DNA from: Eledone cirrhosa
Taxonomy: Eukaryota
Length of the DNA: 64,000 bases
Reading direction: 5' to 3'
NCBI GenBank assembly: GCA_964016885.1
Contig: OZ024763.1
Coordinates: 11,408,001 to 11,472,000, forward strand
Numbering within the stretch: position 1 is the first letter of the stretch; every line of letters begins with the position of its first letter. The notes under the pieces were generated by a model, which saw nothing but the letters and a program-made list of their open reading frames with translations, was not told where the DNA came from and made no database searches. A program made the position numbers and the translations under genes. Shown here piece after piece: positions 1 to 13,125 of the stretch.

Positions 1-786
<786 letters not shown>

Positions 787-1084
787 GACTTTTCTTTAAA
801 AATTATCTCTTGTGTATTTAATATAATACAGAGATTTAAAATGATTGAAAAATATTTTAATCTTTTCCTCAAACAAACAGGAATACCATCGAAAATATGA
901 TTGTGGACATTATTCTAAGAATAGGGCATCATGGCATTCATACTGCTAGCTATGCTGGAGAGAAATCTTACAAATATCATTAACCCTTTCCTTCCCAACC
1001 TACCAAAACCCACACCTCCTTCTAAGAAATAAAACCACCCATTTTTAAGGGTTCCTGCATAAATTAAAATTTTCCAACATAATT

Positions 1085-1282
1085 TTGTTCATGGATGATG
1101 GACGGCAGGAAGCTGAATTTAGAGCAAATATTGCAACAGCTGCTGAAGTGATGCACCAGCTTCAGCATTCGGTAATCAGAAAAAGAGAAGTAGGAATAAA
1201 AGTCAAACTTGCTATCTTAAATTCGGTAATGGTACCAACCCTTACCTATGTTCATGAGCCTTGGATAATGACTGAAAGAATA
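1085..1282 (+). pseudogene. Decayed RTE-like LINE RT C-terminal fragment
   Basis: Translation '...KVKLAILNSVMVPTLTYVHEPWIMTE' resembles the K..Y....PTL.Y..E.W region of RTE-type LINEs. Confidence 0.6.
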
Positions 1283-1499
1283 CATGGGCCCAGCACTAGG
1301 TGTCAATAATTGTCACAAGTGTAGTGTTTGTACCAGAGTTTTCAAGGCGCTGGCTGGACTAAAAAGTCACACTCGTTCAGCGCATCGGTAGGGGTTCTCC
1401 TACATGGATATAAAGTAGTGGCTTTACTCGAAAACGAGTTGACAGCCACCATGTTTGTATGTATGTTTGTATGTATGTATGTATGTATGTTTATATGTA

Positions 1500-1965
1500 T
1501 GTATATGTGTATGTTTGTATGTTATCTCTTTCTCTTAATTTCGAGTATATTTTTTTGAGCAGCCACCTTCCTGGTGTCAAGGTTGTAAAAGAAAAGAAAT
1601 TGTCATCCCTTGAATTGCAAGAATGTTTTGCTATTTTGAAGGTGCCAGCTATCGCAACCATTTGTAGACTATGAAATAGGGAGCTGCGCTCTTTGTCCGC
1701 AAATCCAAGTTCAGTCATACTTTGGTCCAAGCGGGTTGGTATATAATCCGTAGCTCCAATAATGATGGGTATGAAGCTAAAGATGTATCTTGGATACTGG
1801 ATTTGTAAACTCCTCATCAATGGTCCGTAGATGTCCTCCTTCTCCTGTATTTTCTGACAACTTTTACATCAAGTGGGCAGCTGATCTCCACAACAGAACA
1901 CGTTTTCAATGTGTGGTCCCAATCAACAATATCAAGCCGGTTGTGCTTTAATTTGGTGGCAGTTT
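1500..1965 (-). mobile_element. 3' fragment of R4/Dong-like non-LTR retrotransposon (restriction-like endonuclease end plus 3'UTR)
   Basis: Near-identical reverse complement of about 9870-10325 (MRSLQIQYPRYIFSFIPIIIGAT...); flanked by (TATG)n. Confidence 0.8.
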
Positions 1966-2189
1966 TGTATGTATGTATGTTTGTATGTATGTATGTTTGT
2001 ATGTATGTATGTTTGTGTGTATGTATATATGTATGTTTGTATGTACAAAAAAAAAAGGCTGGAAGAACTCATAAGAGTCTACGGCCATCCAAAAGTGTGT
2101 AAATATGTATATACACATGTACATATGTATGTATATGTATATGTGTATATACATATGTGGATGTGTATGAATATGCATGGGGACATAGA

Positions 2190-2450
2190 AATAGTCGGGC
2201 TGGACACCCGATCACGTGGTTAAACCACCGAGAGTGAAGGACCCCTAGCGTTTGTCAGGGCATTCTTCTAGGGGAAGGCAACTCAGGAAACTGGGATAAC
2301 TCCGATATAAAACCTGCGGCTCAGTAGTTACCGATGATGTTGATCTTTTCTTCTTTTAGGGTTATAGCTACTGTCTCTCAGAGAGTGGGATTGGTCGAGT
2401 GCAAGGCCTTTCCCCACTTAAAAAACATTCAAAGCACAGGCATTGCTTGT
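2190..2450 (+). mobile_element. Dispersed repeat resembling a LINE 5'UTR
   Basis: Second, inverted copy at about 9220-9433; motif 'agggca..ctaggggaaggcaactc..taaaacc' resembles RTE 5'UTRs (inference). Confidence 0.55.
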
Positions 2451-2539
2451 TCAGATATGATACAGATGTATTAAGTGACATGCGAAATCTACCATAGGGT
2501 ACATCAAGGGATGAATTTACTTAGATGAAGATATAAATA

Positions 2540-2732
2540 ATAATTGTTTCTACTTTTGGCACAAGGCCAGCAATTATCCCAGTGCATTACTGGTACTTTA
2601 TTTTATCGACCGCGTAAGGATGAAAGGCAAAGTTAACCTCGGCGGGATTTGAACTCAGAATGGCAAGGGCCGTAACTCTATGCGTCAAAGTATGGCGTCC
2701 GGCCCTCTACTGATACTGCCAATCCACCGCCC
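2540..2732 (-). mobile_element. tRNA-derived SINE, family 1
   Basis: Reverse strand: ggcggtggattggcagt (A-box-like) ... gagttcaaatccc (B-box) ... gcctttcatcctt core ... (att)n tail; about ten copies in the window. Confidence 0.85.
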
Positions 2733-2738
2733 ATCCGT

Positions 2739-5700
2739 CATCATCATCATCATCACCGTTTTACGTCCGTTCTTCCACGCTAGCATGGGTTAGACGGGTT
2801 GTCCTGTTGTGGGCAGTGTCTGGTCGGCTGACCATGCCTTGCTCATACAGGAACTGATCTGGCTTGATTTCTACAGCTGGATGCCCTTCCTAACACCAAC
2901 CTCATTTACAGTGAGTGCTGGGTGCTTTTTCGTGGCGCCTACACGTCCACTTTACAGTGTGGGCTGGGTGCTTTTTTGCCGTGGCACCTCCACGACCACC
3001 TTGCGGTGGGGGGGGGGCATATTGTTTATATGCTTCAGCATGTACCCATGGGAGGTCGGGTACCCTGTATTACTGCGTGACGCCAGAAGTCACGGTCGTG
3101 TGTCATTGACTTTGAGAGGTGTAGTTGGGTAAGGTCGGCTTTTATCACCTCATCCCAAGTCATCTTGGGTCTCCCCACTCCGCGGTTTCCATCAACTTCT
3201 AGTGCTCTGCACCTTTTTATGCAGCTGTCATCCTTCATACGCATCACATGTCCATACCAGCGTAACCGCCTCTCCTGCACGCAGCATTTGATTCCTCTTA
3301 TGCTCAGTCTCTCTCTCAATTCATTTATGCTTTGTCGTTCACGTATATTACTGTTACACATCCATCGGAGCATGCAGGCTTCGTTTCTCTCTAATCTACG
3401 TAAGTCTTCCACCTTCAGCGCCCAGGTCTCACTACCATGCAACATCGCTGTTCGGATACACGCATCATACAGTCTGCCTTTCATTCTGAGGGAGAAGCCT
3501 TTTGCAGCTAGCAGTGGTAGTAGTTCCCTAAACTTCTTCCATCCCGTTCTTACCCTAGTTATTGTACTTTCTGAGCACCCACCTCCGTTGCTAATTCGGT
3601 CACCTAGGTAGCAGAAGCTGTCTACTGTTTCTACAGGGCCCTCCCAGAGATTGGTGGTACTTGTTTCCTGTGGCTGTTTGCTTGCTGTTTCAGCACAGCT
3701 GCTGCATGTGAATCCTACATTCTTAATTAAGCTTCCTGAGATCCCGCTACATCTCTTGTGTACCCATTGTTTGCATTTGGGGCAAAGAATGGAGTTCCTA
3801 CCTACACCTTTCCTACATACTGAGCAAGGCCATTTCCCTGAGGGGATCTGGGTTCTGTTTTCTCGTCTACTTATAAGGACCTTAGTCTTTGTCATGTTGA
3901 CTTTGAGGCCCTTTCTCTCTAGTCCCTGCTTCCAGGTTTGGAATTTATTCTCTAGTTCTACCATAGATTCAGCTATGAGTGCGAGGTCATCAGCATACAG
4001 GAGTTCCCATGGGCATCCGGTCTTAAACTCCTCCGTTATTGCCTGCAGGACTATGATGAACAGGAGAGGGCTAAGAACAGAGCCCTGGTGGACCCCAACC
4101 TGTACGCTAAATTCCTCGCTATACTCATTGCCAATCCTAACTTTGCTGACTGCTCCCCTATACATGGCTTGTACCGCTTTCACAAGCCATTCATCTACTC
4201 CTAGTTTTCTAAGAGCCCACCAGATTACTGCACGTGGAACTCTGTCAAAGGCTTTCTCAAGGTCGACAAATGCCAAGTAGAGTGGCTTACTTTTAGCTAG
4301 GTACTTTTCCTGTAATTGCCTCACAAGGAAGAGCGCATCAGTGGTGCCTTTCCCTGGAACAAACCCAAATTGCATCTCGTCTATATTCACCCGGTCCCTA
4401 ATCAGCTGTGCTATAACTCTTTCTGTTACTTTCATGACCTGGTCCATCAACTTTATACCTCTATAGTTTCCTCTATCTAGTGCATCGCCTTTACCTTTGT
4501 AGCAGTTGACAATGATGCTACTGCACCAATCTTTTGGTATGGCCCCCTCTAGTATTACCTGGTTAACGATACGTGTGGTTATAGTGTGACCTACAGACCC
4601 AGATGCCTTCAGCATCTCGGCAGCTATACCCGATGGACCGGTTGCCTTCCCTATCTTCATATCTCTGATTGCCTTACTTACTACGCTGCCGCTGACTTGT
4701 ACTGCTGGTCCCTCTATAGGGTCTACGTGGGGTAGGGTCTCTTCTTCCCATGCATTCTCCTCATTTAGTAATCTATCATAATGACTCTTCCATGCATCTT
4801 TCTTCTCAGCACTTGTGAGGGCAAGCTCACCTTTATCATTCCGGATACACTTCTCTCCAATGACATCACAACTATCTCTGACACACTGCCTCGCAATCTT
4901 GAATACCTCCTGTTTCTGGTCCTCACGTTGTAAAACATGCTTGAATTTTCTATCCTCTGCTTCCCTCCTAGCTAAGTATACTTGTCGCCTAGCTTCCCTC
5001 TTGGTCTCTATGTAATGTACCCTGCTCCCCCCGTTCTTCCATTCTTTCCATGCCTGTCTCTTGGCCTTGACTGCTTCATCTACCTTATTGTTCCACCACC
5101 AAGTCACTCTCCTCCTGCTTGAGGTCTTACTCCAGCCACAAACCTCATCCGTCGCCTCTAGTAAGTTATTTTTTAGGAACTCCCAGTTCTCTTCTACGTT
5201 AAATGTCTCTATCTGTTCTTCTTTACTGTCGTAGGCGTTGAGTAAAATATCTTTAAATCTGTTACTGGTTGAGGGGACTTTCAGCTTCCAGATCTTTCTT
5301 CTCCAGGTTGGCCTCTGTTTCAGGGCTCGTCTAGTTCTGACCGTGAGGTCGCTGACAACTAAGCTATGTTGGGATGTACATTCCTCACTAGGGAAGGCTT
5401 TTGTGTTTACGACCGTCCATCTGTCACGTCCTCTGATGAGGATAAAATCTAACTGACTAGAGTGCTCCCCTGATCTATAGGTGATCAGGTGGTTGTCGGG
5501 TTTTTTAAAGTTTGTGTTACATATCGACATGTCATTGGCGTCGCAGAATTCTAGAAGTCTGAATCCTTCCTCATTCCTTGTGCCAACTCCATGGCCTCCA
5601 TGTACTCTATTGAAGCCGTCGCAGTGTTTACCTACGTGTCCGTTAAAATCTCCTGCAATGATTAGGAAGTCCTTGTCGTCTGTTAGAGCAGTAGTGTGTA

Positions 5701-6154
5701 TTAGGGACTCGTAAAACCTATCCTTAAGTTCGTCTGGCAGCCCCGATTGGGGTGCGTAAGCTGATATTATTGTGGTAATTGTCTTATTCAGGACTAGTCT
5801 GAGTTTAATGATTCTTGCATTTACCCTGTACACTGAGATTACTTTATCTACCCACTTGTCAGCTAATAGTATACCTACACCACCCATCCCATCGTCATTT
5901 CCCACCCAGAAAAATTTGTAGCACTGGCTTTTTCCTACAAGGACTCTAGCAGACCCTCCTCTCCATCTAGTCTCTTGCACACAGCATACATCAACTTCCT
6001 TTCGCTCTAGCATTTCTACGATTTCTCCTGCTCTTCCTTTCATTGAGCCTACATTGATGGTACCAACTCGGAGTTTTGGGCATTTGTCGACACTCGTAGG
6101 GGAGGGTCTCTGGGTTGGCGCTTCACGTGGGTGCTTGGTAGCTCGCAGATTCAT
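2739..6154 (-). mobile_element. RTE-type LINE copy A, with 3'UTR ending in (GAT)n
   Basis: Intact ORF followed by a 3'UTR shared with copy B, and a (cat)n tail at 2739-2754. Confidence 0.93.
3035..6154 (-). CDS. LINE polyprotein: APE endonuclease + reverse transcriptase with inserted C4HC3 finger (1039 aa)
   Basis: GTINVG, VQETRW, GDFNGHVG, LDFIL, SQH (APE); KGKGD..NYRGI, QFGF, FVDLEKAFD, GVHQGSVLSP, YADD, FCYLG (RT); RLRWYGHV..GRP..W (RTE C-terminus). Confidence 0.95.
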   Translation of the reverse strand: MNLRATKHPREAPTQRPSPTSVDKCPKLRVGTINVGSMKGRAGEIVEMLERKEVDVCCVQETRWRGGSARVLVGKSQCYKFFWVGNDDGMGGVGILLADKWVDKVISVYRVNARIIKLRLVLNKTITTIISAYAPQSGLPDELKDRFYESLIHTTALTDDKDFLIIAGDFNGHVGKHCDGFNRVHGGHGVGTRNEEGFRLLEFCDANDMSICNTNFKKPDNHLITYRSGEHSSQLDFILIRGRDRWTVVNTKAFPSEECTSQHSLVVSDLTVRTRRALKQRPTWRRKIWKLKVPSTSNRFKDILLNAYDSKEEQIETFNVEENWEFLKNNLLEATDEVCGWSKTSSRRRVTWWWNNKVDEAVKAKRQAWKEWKNGGSRVHYIETKREARRQVYLARREAEDRKFKHVLQREDQKQEVFKIARQCVRDSCDVIGEKCIRNDKGELALTSAEKKDAWKSHYDRLLNEENAWEEETLPHVDPIEGPAVQVSGSVVSKAIRDMKIGKATGPSGIAAEMLKASGSVGHTITTRIVNQVILEGAIPKDWCSSIIVNCYKGKGDALDRGNYRGIKLMDQVMKVTERVIAQLIRDRVNIDEMQFGFVPGKGTTDALFLVRQLQEKYLAKSKPLYLAFVDLEKAFDRVPRAVIWWALRKLGVDEWLVKAVQAMYRGAVSKVRIGNEYSEEFSVQVGVHQGSVLSPLLFIIVLQAITEEFKTGCPWELLYADDLALIAESMVELENKFQTWKQGLERKGLKVNMTKTKVLISRRENRTQIPSGKWPCSVCRKGVGRNSILCPKCKQWVHKRCSGISGSLIKNVGFTCSSCAETASKQPQETSTTNLWEGPVETVDSFCYLGDRISNGGGCSESTITRVRTGWKKFRELLPLLAAKGFSLRMKGRLYDACIRTAMLHGSETWALKVEDLRRLERNEACMLRWMCNSNIRERQSINELRERLSIRGIKCCVQERRLRWYGHVMRMKDDSCIKRCRALEVDGNRGVGRPKMTWDEVIKADLTQLHLSKSMTHDRDFWRHAVIQGTRPPMGTC

Positions 6155-6199
6155 ATTTCATCTATTGATTCAGTGTATAATAATGTGTATAATAATAAT

Positions 6200-6395
6200 G
6201 ATTAGTTTCTAAGTTAGGCACAATGCCAGCAATTTTGGGTGGGAGGGGGTTGAATGAAATTAACCCCAGTATGTGAGTGACAGTTTTATTTTATTGAACC
6301 CTCTAAGGATGAAAGGCAAAGTTGACCTTTGTGGGATTTGAACTCAGAACACAAACGGCGATAAAGAATACATTTCGCCCGACGCTCAACCGCTT
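6200..6395 (-). mobile_element. SINE family 1, diverged copy
   Basis: aggatgaaaggcaaagttgacc...gggatttgaactcagaa core. Confidence 0.75.
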
Positions 6396-6769
6396 TTCAC
6401 AAATCTATGATAATTACTTATCACAGAAATACAGACAAAATAAACTATGTTATTCTTTTAATCTTCCAGCTTTTCCTGCCTGACGGGTGTGGCCATACTG
6501 GAGCACATCTATTGTGTTCTCCAGCTACACAGACAAACACTAGTGCTGACTTTATTACAAATGACCAATCAATAAGCTGAGAGTTCAATAACATTATATC
6601 TTGTAGATTTATAGCTTTTCTCTCTAATATTTTGCTAGTATTCACTAAATATTGAGCAAATAATACTTCACACAATGTAACAATATCACATTATCACATT
6701 GTTGTATACAAGTTTGTTTTTATATTTCATACATACATTAAACTGTTATACACATTAACAGACATAAAC

Positions 6770-6900
6770 ATTCATACACACACACACTCATATACATATA
6801 TATCTATATCTATCTATCTATCAATATATACACGCATATATATATATATATACATATATATATATGTATATATAAATGTATATATATTTAAATATATGTG

Positions 6901-6938
<38 letters not shown>

Positions 6939-6944
6939 TATAAA

Positions 6945-6980
<36 letters not shown>

Positions 6981-7063
6981 CATATATATAAATGTATATA
7001 TATATATATATATACATATATAACTGTATATATATATATATATATATATGCATATATATATAA

Positions 7064-7133
<70 letters not shown>

Positions 7134-7332
7134 CTTTTTTACATACATACATAAACATATTTATATACATATACACATATATATACATATACACATATAA
7201 ATATAAATGTATATATATATATACATATATAAATGTATATATATATATATATATGCATATATATATAAATGTATATATATATATAAATGTATATATATAT
7301 ATATAGATATATATATATCTATACATACATAC

Positions 7333-7363
<31 letters not shown>

Positions 7364-7507
7364 TTTTTTACATACATACATACATATACATATTTATATA
7401 CATATACACATATATATATACATACACACATATATATATATATATAGTAACTGGTATATGTGTATATATGTATGTATACATATATGTATATATATACACA
7501 TAAATAC

Positions 7508-7559
<52 letters not shown>

Positions 7560-7567
7560 ATATATAA
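6770..7567. repeat. TA-rich compound microsatellite
   Basis: TA/TACA/TAAATG units. Confidence 0.95.
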
Positions 7568-7789
7568 TGTAATGTTATCTTTGTGGTGTTGGAATAGACT
7601 TCAATTGTTCTGTTCCCAATTGTTCCATTTAAAGCTTGTTCATCGGAAATATCTTTGGAGATGAGAAATCAGGCGCTTTGCTATTTGAAATACATGCAGA
7701 GCACACTACCTAACTAAATTACTTATTTACTAATGGACTTGTATTGCTGACGGAGAGTGGGGTGGCATTTAATAAAAGGAACGTTCCAA

Positions 7790-8308
7790 TTGTAGTAGTA
7801 GTGGTGGTGGTGGTGGTGGTGGTGATGGTGTTAGTAGTGGTGGTGGGGGGGGGGGGGTTAGTAGTAGTAGAGGTGGTGATGGTAGTAGTGGTAGTGGTGG
7901 TGGTGATAGTGATAGTAGTGGTGGTGGTGGGGGTAGTAGTAGAGGTGGTGGTGGTGATGGTAGTAGTAGTGGTGGTGGTGGTGATGGTAGTAGTAGTAGT
8001 GGTGGTGGTGGTGGTGGTAGTGGTGGTGGTAGTAGTAGTGGTAGTAATAGTAGTAGTATTAGTAGTGGTAGTAGTAGTAGTAGTAGCAGTCGTGGTGGTG
8101 GTAGTAGTGGTAGTAGAAGTAGTAATAGCAGTAGTGGGGGGGGGGGTTAGTAATGGTGGTGGTGTTTGTAGTGGTGGTAGTGGTAGTAGAAGTAGTAATA
8201 GCAGTAGTGGTGGTGGTAGTAGTAGAAGTAGTAATAGTAGTGGTGGCAGTGGTGATGGTGGTGGTAGTAGTAGTAGTAGTGGTGATGATGATGGTGGTAG
8301 TAGTAGTG
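7790..8308. repeat. (GTA/GTG)n trinucleotide repeat
   Basis: Source of the poly-V and poly-T ORFs. Confidence 0.95.
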
Positions 8309-8429
8309 AAGTTCAATTATATGGACCCCAGTGTATTACTGGTACACTATTTTCTCAACCTGGAAAGAATGAAAGGCTTGGTTAACCTAATCAGAATGAA
8401 AAGAGCCGGAAGAAATACTGCTAAATATT

Positions 8430-8632
8430 GCTTTCAGATTTAGACACAAGGACAACAATTTAGGGGAGGGGAAAGTCAATTAAATTGACCCCGGTGCATT
8501 ACTGGTGCTTTATTTTATCAACCCCGTAAGGATAAAAGGCAAAGCTAACTCTGGCAGGATTTGATCTCAAATAGTAAAGGGCCATAACTCTATGCCATAA
8601 AGCATGTCACCGATTCTGACAATCCACCGCCT
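8430..8632 (-). mobile_element. SINE family 1
   Basis: Same core and head as 2540-2732. Confidence 0.8.
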
Positions 8633-9219
8633 TAAATACTGCAAAATATTAGGTATTTTCTCTCATTTCTACATATTAAATATGTGTATATTTATACACA
8701 CATTGGTGAAACTGTTTCGCAATTTTAGTGAAGAGAATTACCAATTCTTTTGCTCATCAGTGGGTGTAAAATTGTACATAGTTAGTATTTTCTTCACCCT
8801 AGCGAATCTGGTCCCTTATGATTTGAACACATATATATATATATATATATATCTGTGTTTATCTCTCTTTTATATTCAAATATATGTATATATATAGTCA
8901 GTAGGCACCTCTTAACCAAAATACACCCCCATCCCACAACCCTTACCCCCATCCCCATCTAAACCACCCTTTTCGATGTAAAGTTATGTTGGTACCACAA
9001 CATCCAGTCCTAAATAAATGAGGTTGTGTAGGTGTCACGACAAAAAAACACAGTCCACGCTGTAATGTGGCCGTGTAGGTAACACGGTAAAAAAAAAAAA
9101 AACATACATATATATTAATAATTAACAATGCTGCAATCGAATGTGGCATACATACATGCCTTATCGAGTATGGTCATTGCACAATATACCATTATTAATA
9201 ATTATTAATTAATTCTATC

Positions 9220-9433
9220 GTGCGATGCCTGTGCGTGAAGATATTTTTTAAAGTGAGGAAAGACTGTGCACTGAGCCAATCCCACTCTCTGAGAGACAGT
9301 AGCTATAACCTGAAAAGAAGAAAAGATCAACATCATCGATAATTACTGAGCCGCAGGTTTTATACCGGAGTTATCCCAGTTTCCTGGGTTGCCTTCTCCT
9401 AGAAGAATGCCCTGAAAAAGGCTAGGGGTCCTT
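9220..9433 (-). mobile_element. Inverted copy of the 2190-2450 repeat
   Basis: Direct alignment by eye (cccactctctgagagacagtagctataacc...ttatcccagtttcctg). Confidence 0.75.
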
Positions 9434-9477
9434 TACATACATACATATTTACATAGATACATATATATTTACAAATT

Positions 9478-10325
9478 GTGCATGGATACTTGAGACGTAA
9501 AATACAGACCATAGAGGGGATAAACCACTCAAAAAGCCTGGCATGGAGTTCCGACAAGTTTATGACATCACACCTTGAGGGATATCTCTATGCAATACAG
9601 GAACAAGAACTCCCTACCAAATATCTGCTGCACAAAAGAGGAGGGCCATCAACTGACAATAAATCTAGGCTATGTAAAACAAAGATCGAGGATGTAAGCC
9701 ACATTGTTGCCAGCTGCGAAAGAATGTCATCTTGCTACTACCTCCCCATGAGACACGATGGGATAGCTATAACCATCTGGAACGCACTTCGGAAAACAAA
9801 ATTAACAACAAACGAGGAAGAATATATTGAGACAGATGGCACTAAGGAATACAGGTGGAACCTGAAAATAAAAACTGCCACCAAATTAAAGCACAACCGG
9901 CCTGATATTGTTGTTTGGGACCACACATTGAAAACGTGTTCTGTTGTGGAGATCAGCTGCCCACTTGATGTAAACGTTGTCAGAAAAATACAGGAGAAGG
10001 AGGACATCTACGGACCATTGATGAGGAGTTTACAAATCCAGTATCCAAGATACATCTTTAGCTTCATACCCATCATTATTGGAGCTACGGGTTATATACC
10101 AACCCGCTTGGACCAAAGTATGACTGAACTTGGATTTGCGGACAAAGAGCGCAGCTCCCTAATTCATAGTCTACAAATGGCTGCGATAGCTGGTACCTTC
10201 AAAATAGCAAAACATTCTTGCGATTCAAGGGATGACAATTTCTTTTCTTTTACAACCTTGCCACCAGGAAGGTGGCTGCTCAAAAAAATATACTCGAAAT
10301 TAAGAGAAAGAGATAACATACATAT
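9478..10325 (+). mobile_element. 5'-truncated R4/Dong-like non-LTR retrotransposon (CCHC + RHD + PD..D restriction-like endonuclease)
   Basis: EGYLYAIQEQ, (S)RLC....E...HIVASC, MRHD, NRPDIVVWD, VEISCP, PIIIGATG; embedded in (TACA)n. Confidence 0.85.
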
Positions 10326-10551
10326 TTACATACATACATACATATTTACATACATACATACTTACATACATATTTACATACATACATACTTACATACATA
10401 TTTACATACATACATACTTACATACATACATGCATGCATACATACTTACATACACACATACATACATACATACATACATACATACATACATGTATACATA
10501 CTTACATACATACATACATACATATTTACATATATCATCCATGTACATAAT

Positions 10552-11175
10552 ATGAAAAAGTACTGGTGGAATGTTCCAGTAAAAACCCCAATAAAATGCA
10601 GCCATAACAGACCAGATATTATGATATAGGACAGGGAGAAGAAAGATGCACAGTAGTGGAAATTAGCTGCCCAGCAGATGCCAATATAATATCAAAGATT
10701 AGTGAAAAGGAGAATATTTATGCAGAACTGATGAGAAATCTGCAGATACTCCACCCTGATTACACCTTCAGATTTATGCCTGTGATTATTGGGGCACTGG
10801 GGTATGTTAGTAACTGCCTCAATACAAATCTTGAGAAGCTAGGCTTCACAGGAACAGAAAGAACACAACTAGTTAGGAAATTACAAGTACAATCCATTAA
10901 TGGAACAGCAAAAATATGTAAAACATTTCAAAAATGTTGCATCTAATAACTGCATATACACATGTACAGATACAAAGCATATACACATGCACACATACAA
11001 CTCAAAACATCCACATCCACACATACAATAACATCCATATCTACACATGCAGACATACATACATATCTACCTAGCTAATGTTGTGTAAATTCCAATGAGA
11101 GAGTCTTGTGTCTATGTTAGAAACCGACTCTCTCTCTATTGGTAAAACTTTGTGAAATTATAAAACCAGAAGAAC
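10552..11175 (+). mobile_element. Second R4/Dong-like 3' fragment (different subfamily)
   Basis: KYWWNVPVKT..HNRPDI, EISCPAD, PVIIGALG; stop and frameshift near 10629. Confidence 0.75.
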
Positions 11176-11358
11176 ATACATACATACATACATACATATA
11201 TACACATACATACATACATATATACATACATACATATATACCTACAGACATATTTACATACGTATTTACATACATACATACATATTTACATACATACATA
11301 TTTACATACATACATATTTACATACATACATATTTACATACATACATATTTACATACA

Positions 11359-11417
<59 letters not shown>

Positions 11418-11574
11418 TTACATACACACATATTTACATACATATTTACATATGTATATATGTGAAGCCAGTAATAAAATGCCACCTCCCCTTCCCCCTC
11501 CTCCTTCCACCAGAACCACTGATTGGTCAATAATATTTGTGCTTTAATTTAGTCTTAAAGTCAGAAACTCCAAA

Positions 11575-11799
11575 CTTCTCTCTCTCTCCTCTCTCTTCCT
11601 CTCTCTCTCCCCTCCCTCTTTCTCTCTCCCCCTCTCACTCTCCTCCTCCTCTCTCTCTCCTCCCTCTTTCTCTCTCTATCCCCTCCCTCTTTCTCTCTCC
11701 CCCCTCTCACTCTCTCCTCCCTCTTTCTCTCTCACCCTATCTCTCTCTCTCACACACACTACTTCCTCCTCTCTCCTCCCCCTCCCCCTCTCTCACCTC

Positions 11800-11841
<42 letters not shown>

Positions 11842-11894
11842 CACTACTTCCTTGTCTCTCTCTCAAAAAGCCCACCTCTTCTCTTCCACACAAC

Positions 11895-11934
<40 letters not shown>

Positions 11935-12170
11935 CTCACCCTCCCTCTCTTTCTCAGACACCTCCCCTCTCCCAACCTCTCACACACACCACTTTGCTGG
12001 CCTTTCTCTCTCTCTCCTTCTCTCTCTGTCAGCCCACCTTCTCTCTCACTTACACACCATTTCTGTCCCCCCTCTCTCCCCCACACACTCGCCCTCCTTC
12101 TATCCCCCCTTTCTCCCTTTCACCCTCTCTCAGACAGCTTACCTCCCCTCTGCCAGCCTCTTTCTCTACC
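11575..12170. repeat. (CT)-rich polypyrimidine low-complexity tract
   Basis: CT/CCT units. Confidence 0.9.
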
Positions 12171-12344
12171 CACACATCACATCTAGCCCCCACCCCTATA
12201 AAACAATCAAACATCCAACCTACCCATAGTACCAATTAAAAATTTATAACTCACTGATTCTGTAATGTTTATCACTCAATTTCCTTCACTAAATTCGGCC
12301 TCCATCTTAAATGCATCCAGTTTTTAAATTTTAAATATTTTTAC

Positions 12345-13125
12345 CTTCTTCTTCTTCTCCTTCTTCTTCACCTTCTTCTTCTTTTTCTTCTTCTCCTTCT
12401 CCTTCTCCTTCTTCTTCTCCTTCTTCTTTGCCTTTTTCACCTTCTTCTTCTTCTTCATCTCCTTCTCCTTCTTCTTCTCCTTCTTCTTCTCCTTCTTCTT
12501 TGCCTTCTTTGCCTTCTTCTTCTTCTTCTTCTCCTTCTTCTTCTCCTTCTTCTTCTTCTTTGCCTTCTTCGCCTTCTTCTTCTTCTTCTCCTCCTTCTTC
12601 TTTGCCTTCTTCGCCTTCTTCTTCTTCTTCTTCTTCTTCGCCTTCTTCTTCTTCTTTGCCTTCTTCTTCTTCTTCTCCTTCTTCTTCTTCTTCTCCTTCT
12701 TCTTCGCCTTCTTCTTCTTCTTCTCCTTCTCCTTCTCCTTCTCCTTCTTCTTTGCCTTCTTCTTCTTCTTCTTCTTCTTCTTCTTCTTCTTTGCCTTCTT
12801 CTTTGCCTTCTTCGCCTTCTTCTTCTTCTCCTTCTCCTTCTTCTTCTTCTTTGCCTTCTTCGCCTTCTTCTTCTTCTCCTTCTCCTTCTTCTTCTCCTTC
12901 TTCTTCTTCTCCTTCTTCTTCTTCTTCTTCTTCTCCTTCTCCTTCTCCTTCTTCTTCTTCTTCTCCTTCTCCTTCTTCTTCTTTGCCTTCTTCGCCTTCT
13001 TCTTCTTCTTCTTCTTCTTCTCCTTCTTCTTCGCCTTCTTCTTCTTTTTCGCCTTCTTCTTCTTCTTCGCCTTCTTCTTCTTCTCCTTCTTCGCCTTCTT
13101 CTTCTTCTTTGCCTTCTTCTTCTTC
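12345..13125. repeat. (CTT)n-based compound trinucleotide repeat
   Basis: CTT with CTC/TTTGC/CGC variants; produces poly-E/K/S ORFs. Confidence 0.95.

Noticed and set aside
6450-6524. Possible terminal exon on minus strand (tgtag|LENTIDVLQYGHTRQAGKAGRLKE*)
   Set aside because: Only 24 codons, no recognisable homology, no partner exons, and it contains the SINE-like tgtggccatactggagcac motif
11090-11145. Hammerhead in R4-like 3'UTR (ccaatgagagagtc..gaaaccgactctctc..attgg)
   Set aside because: A hairpin is present but the CUGANGA core is absent
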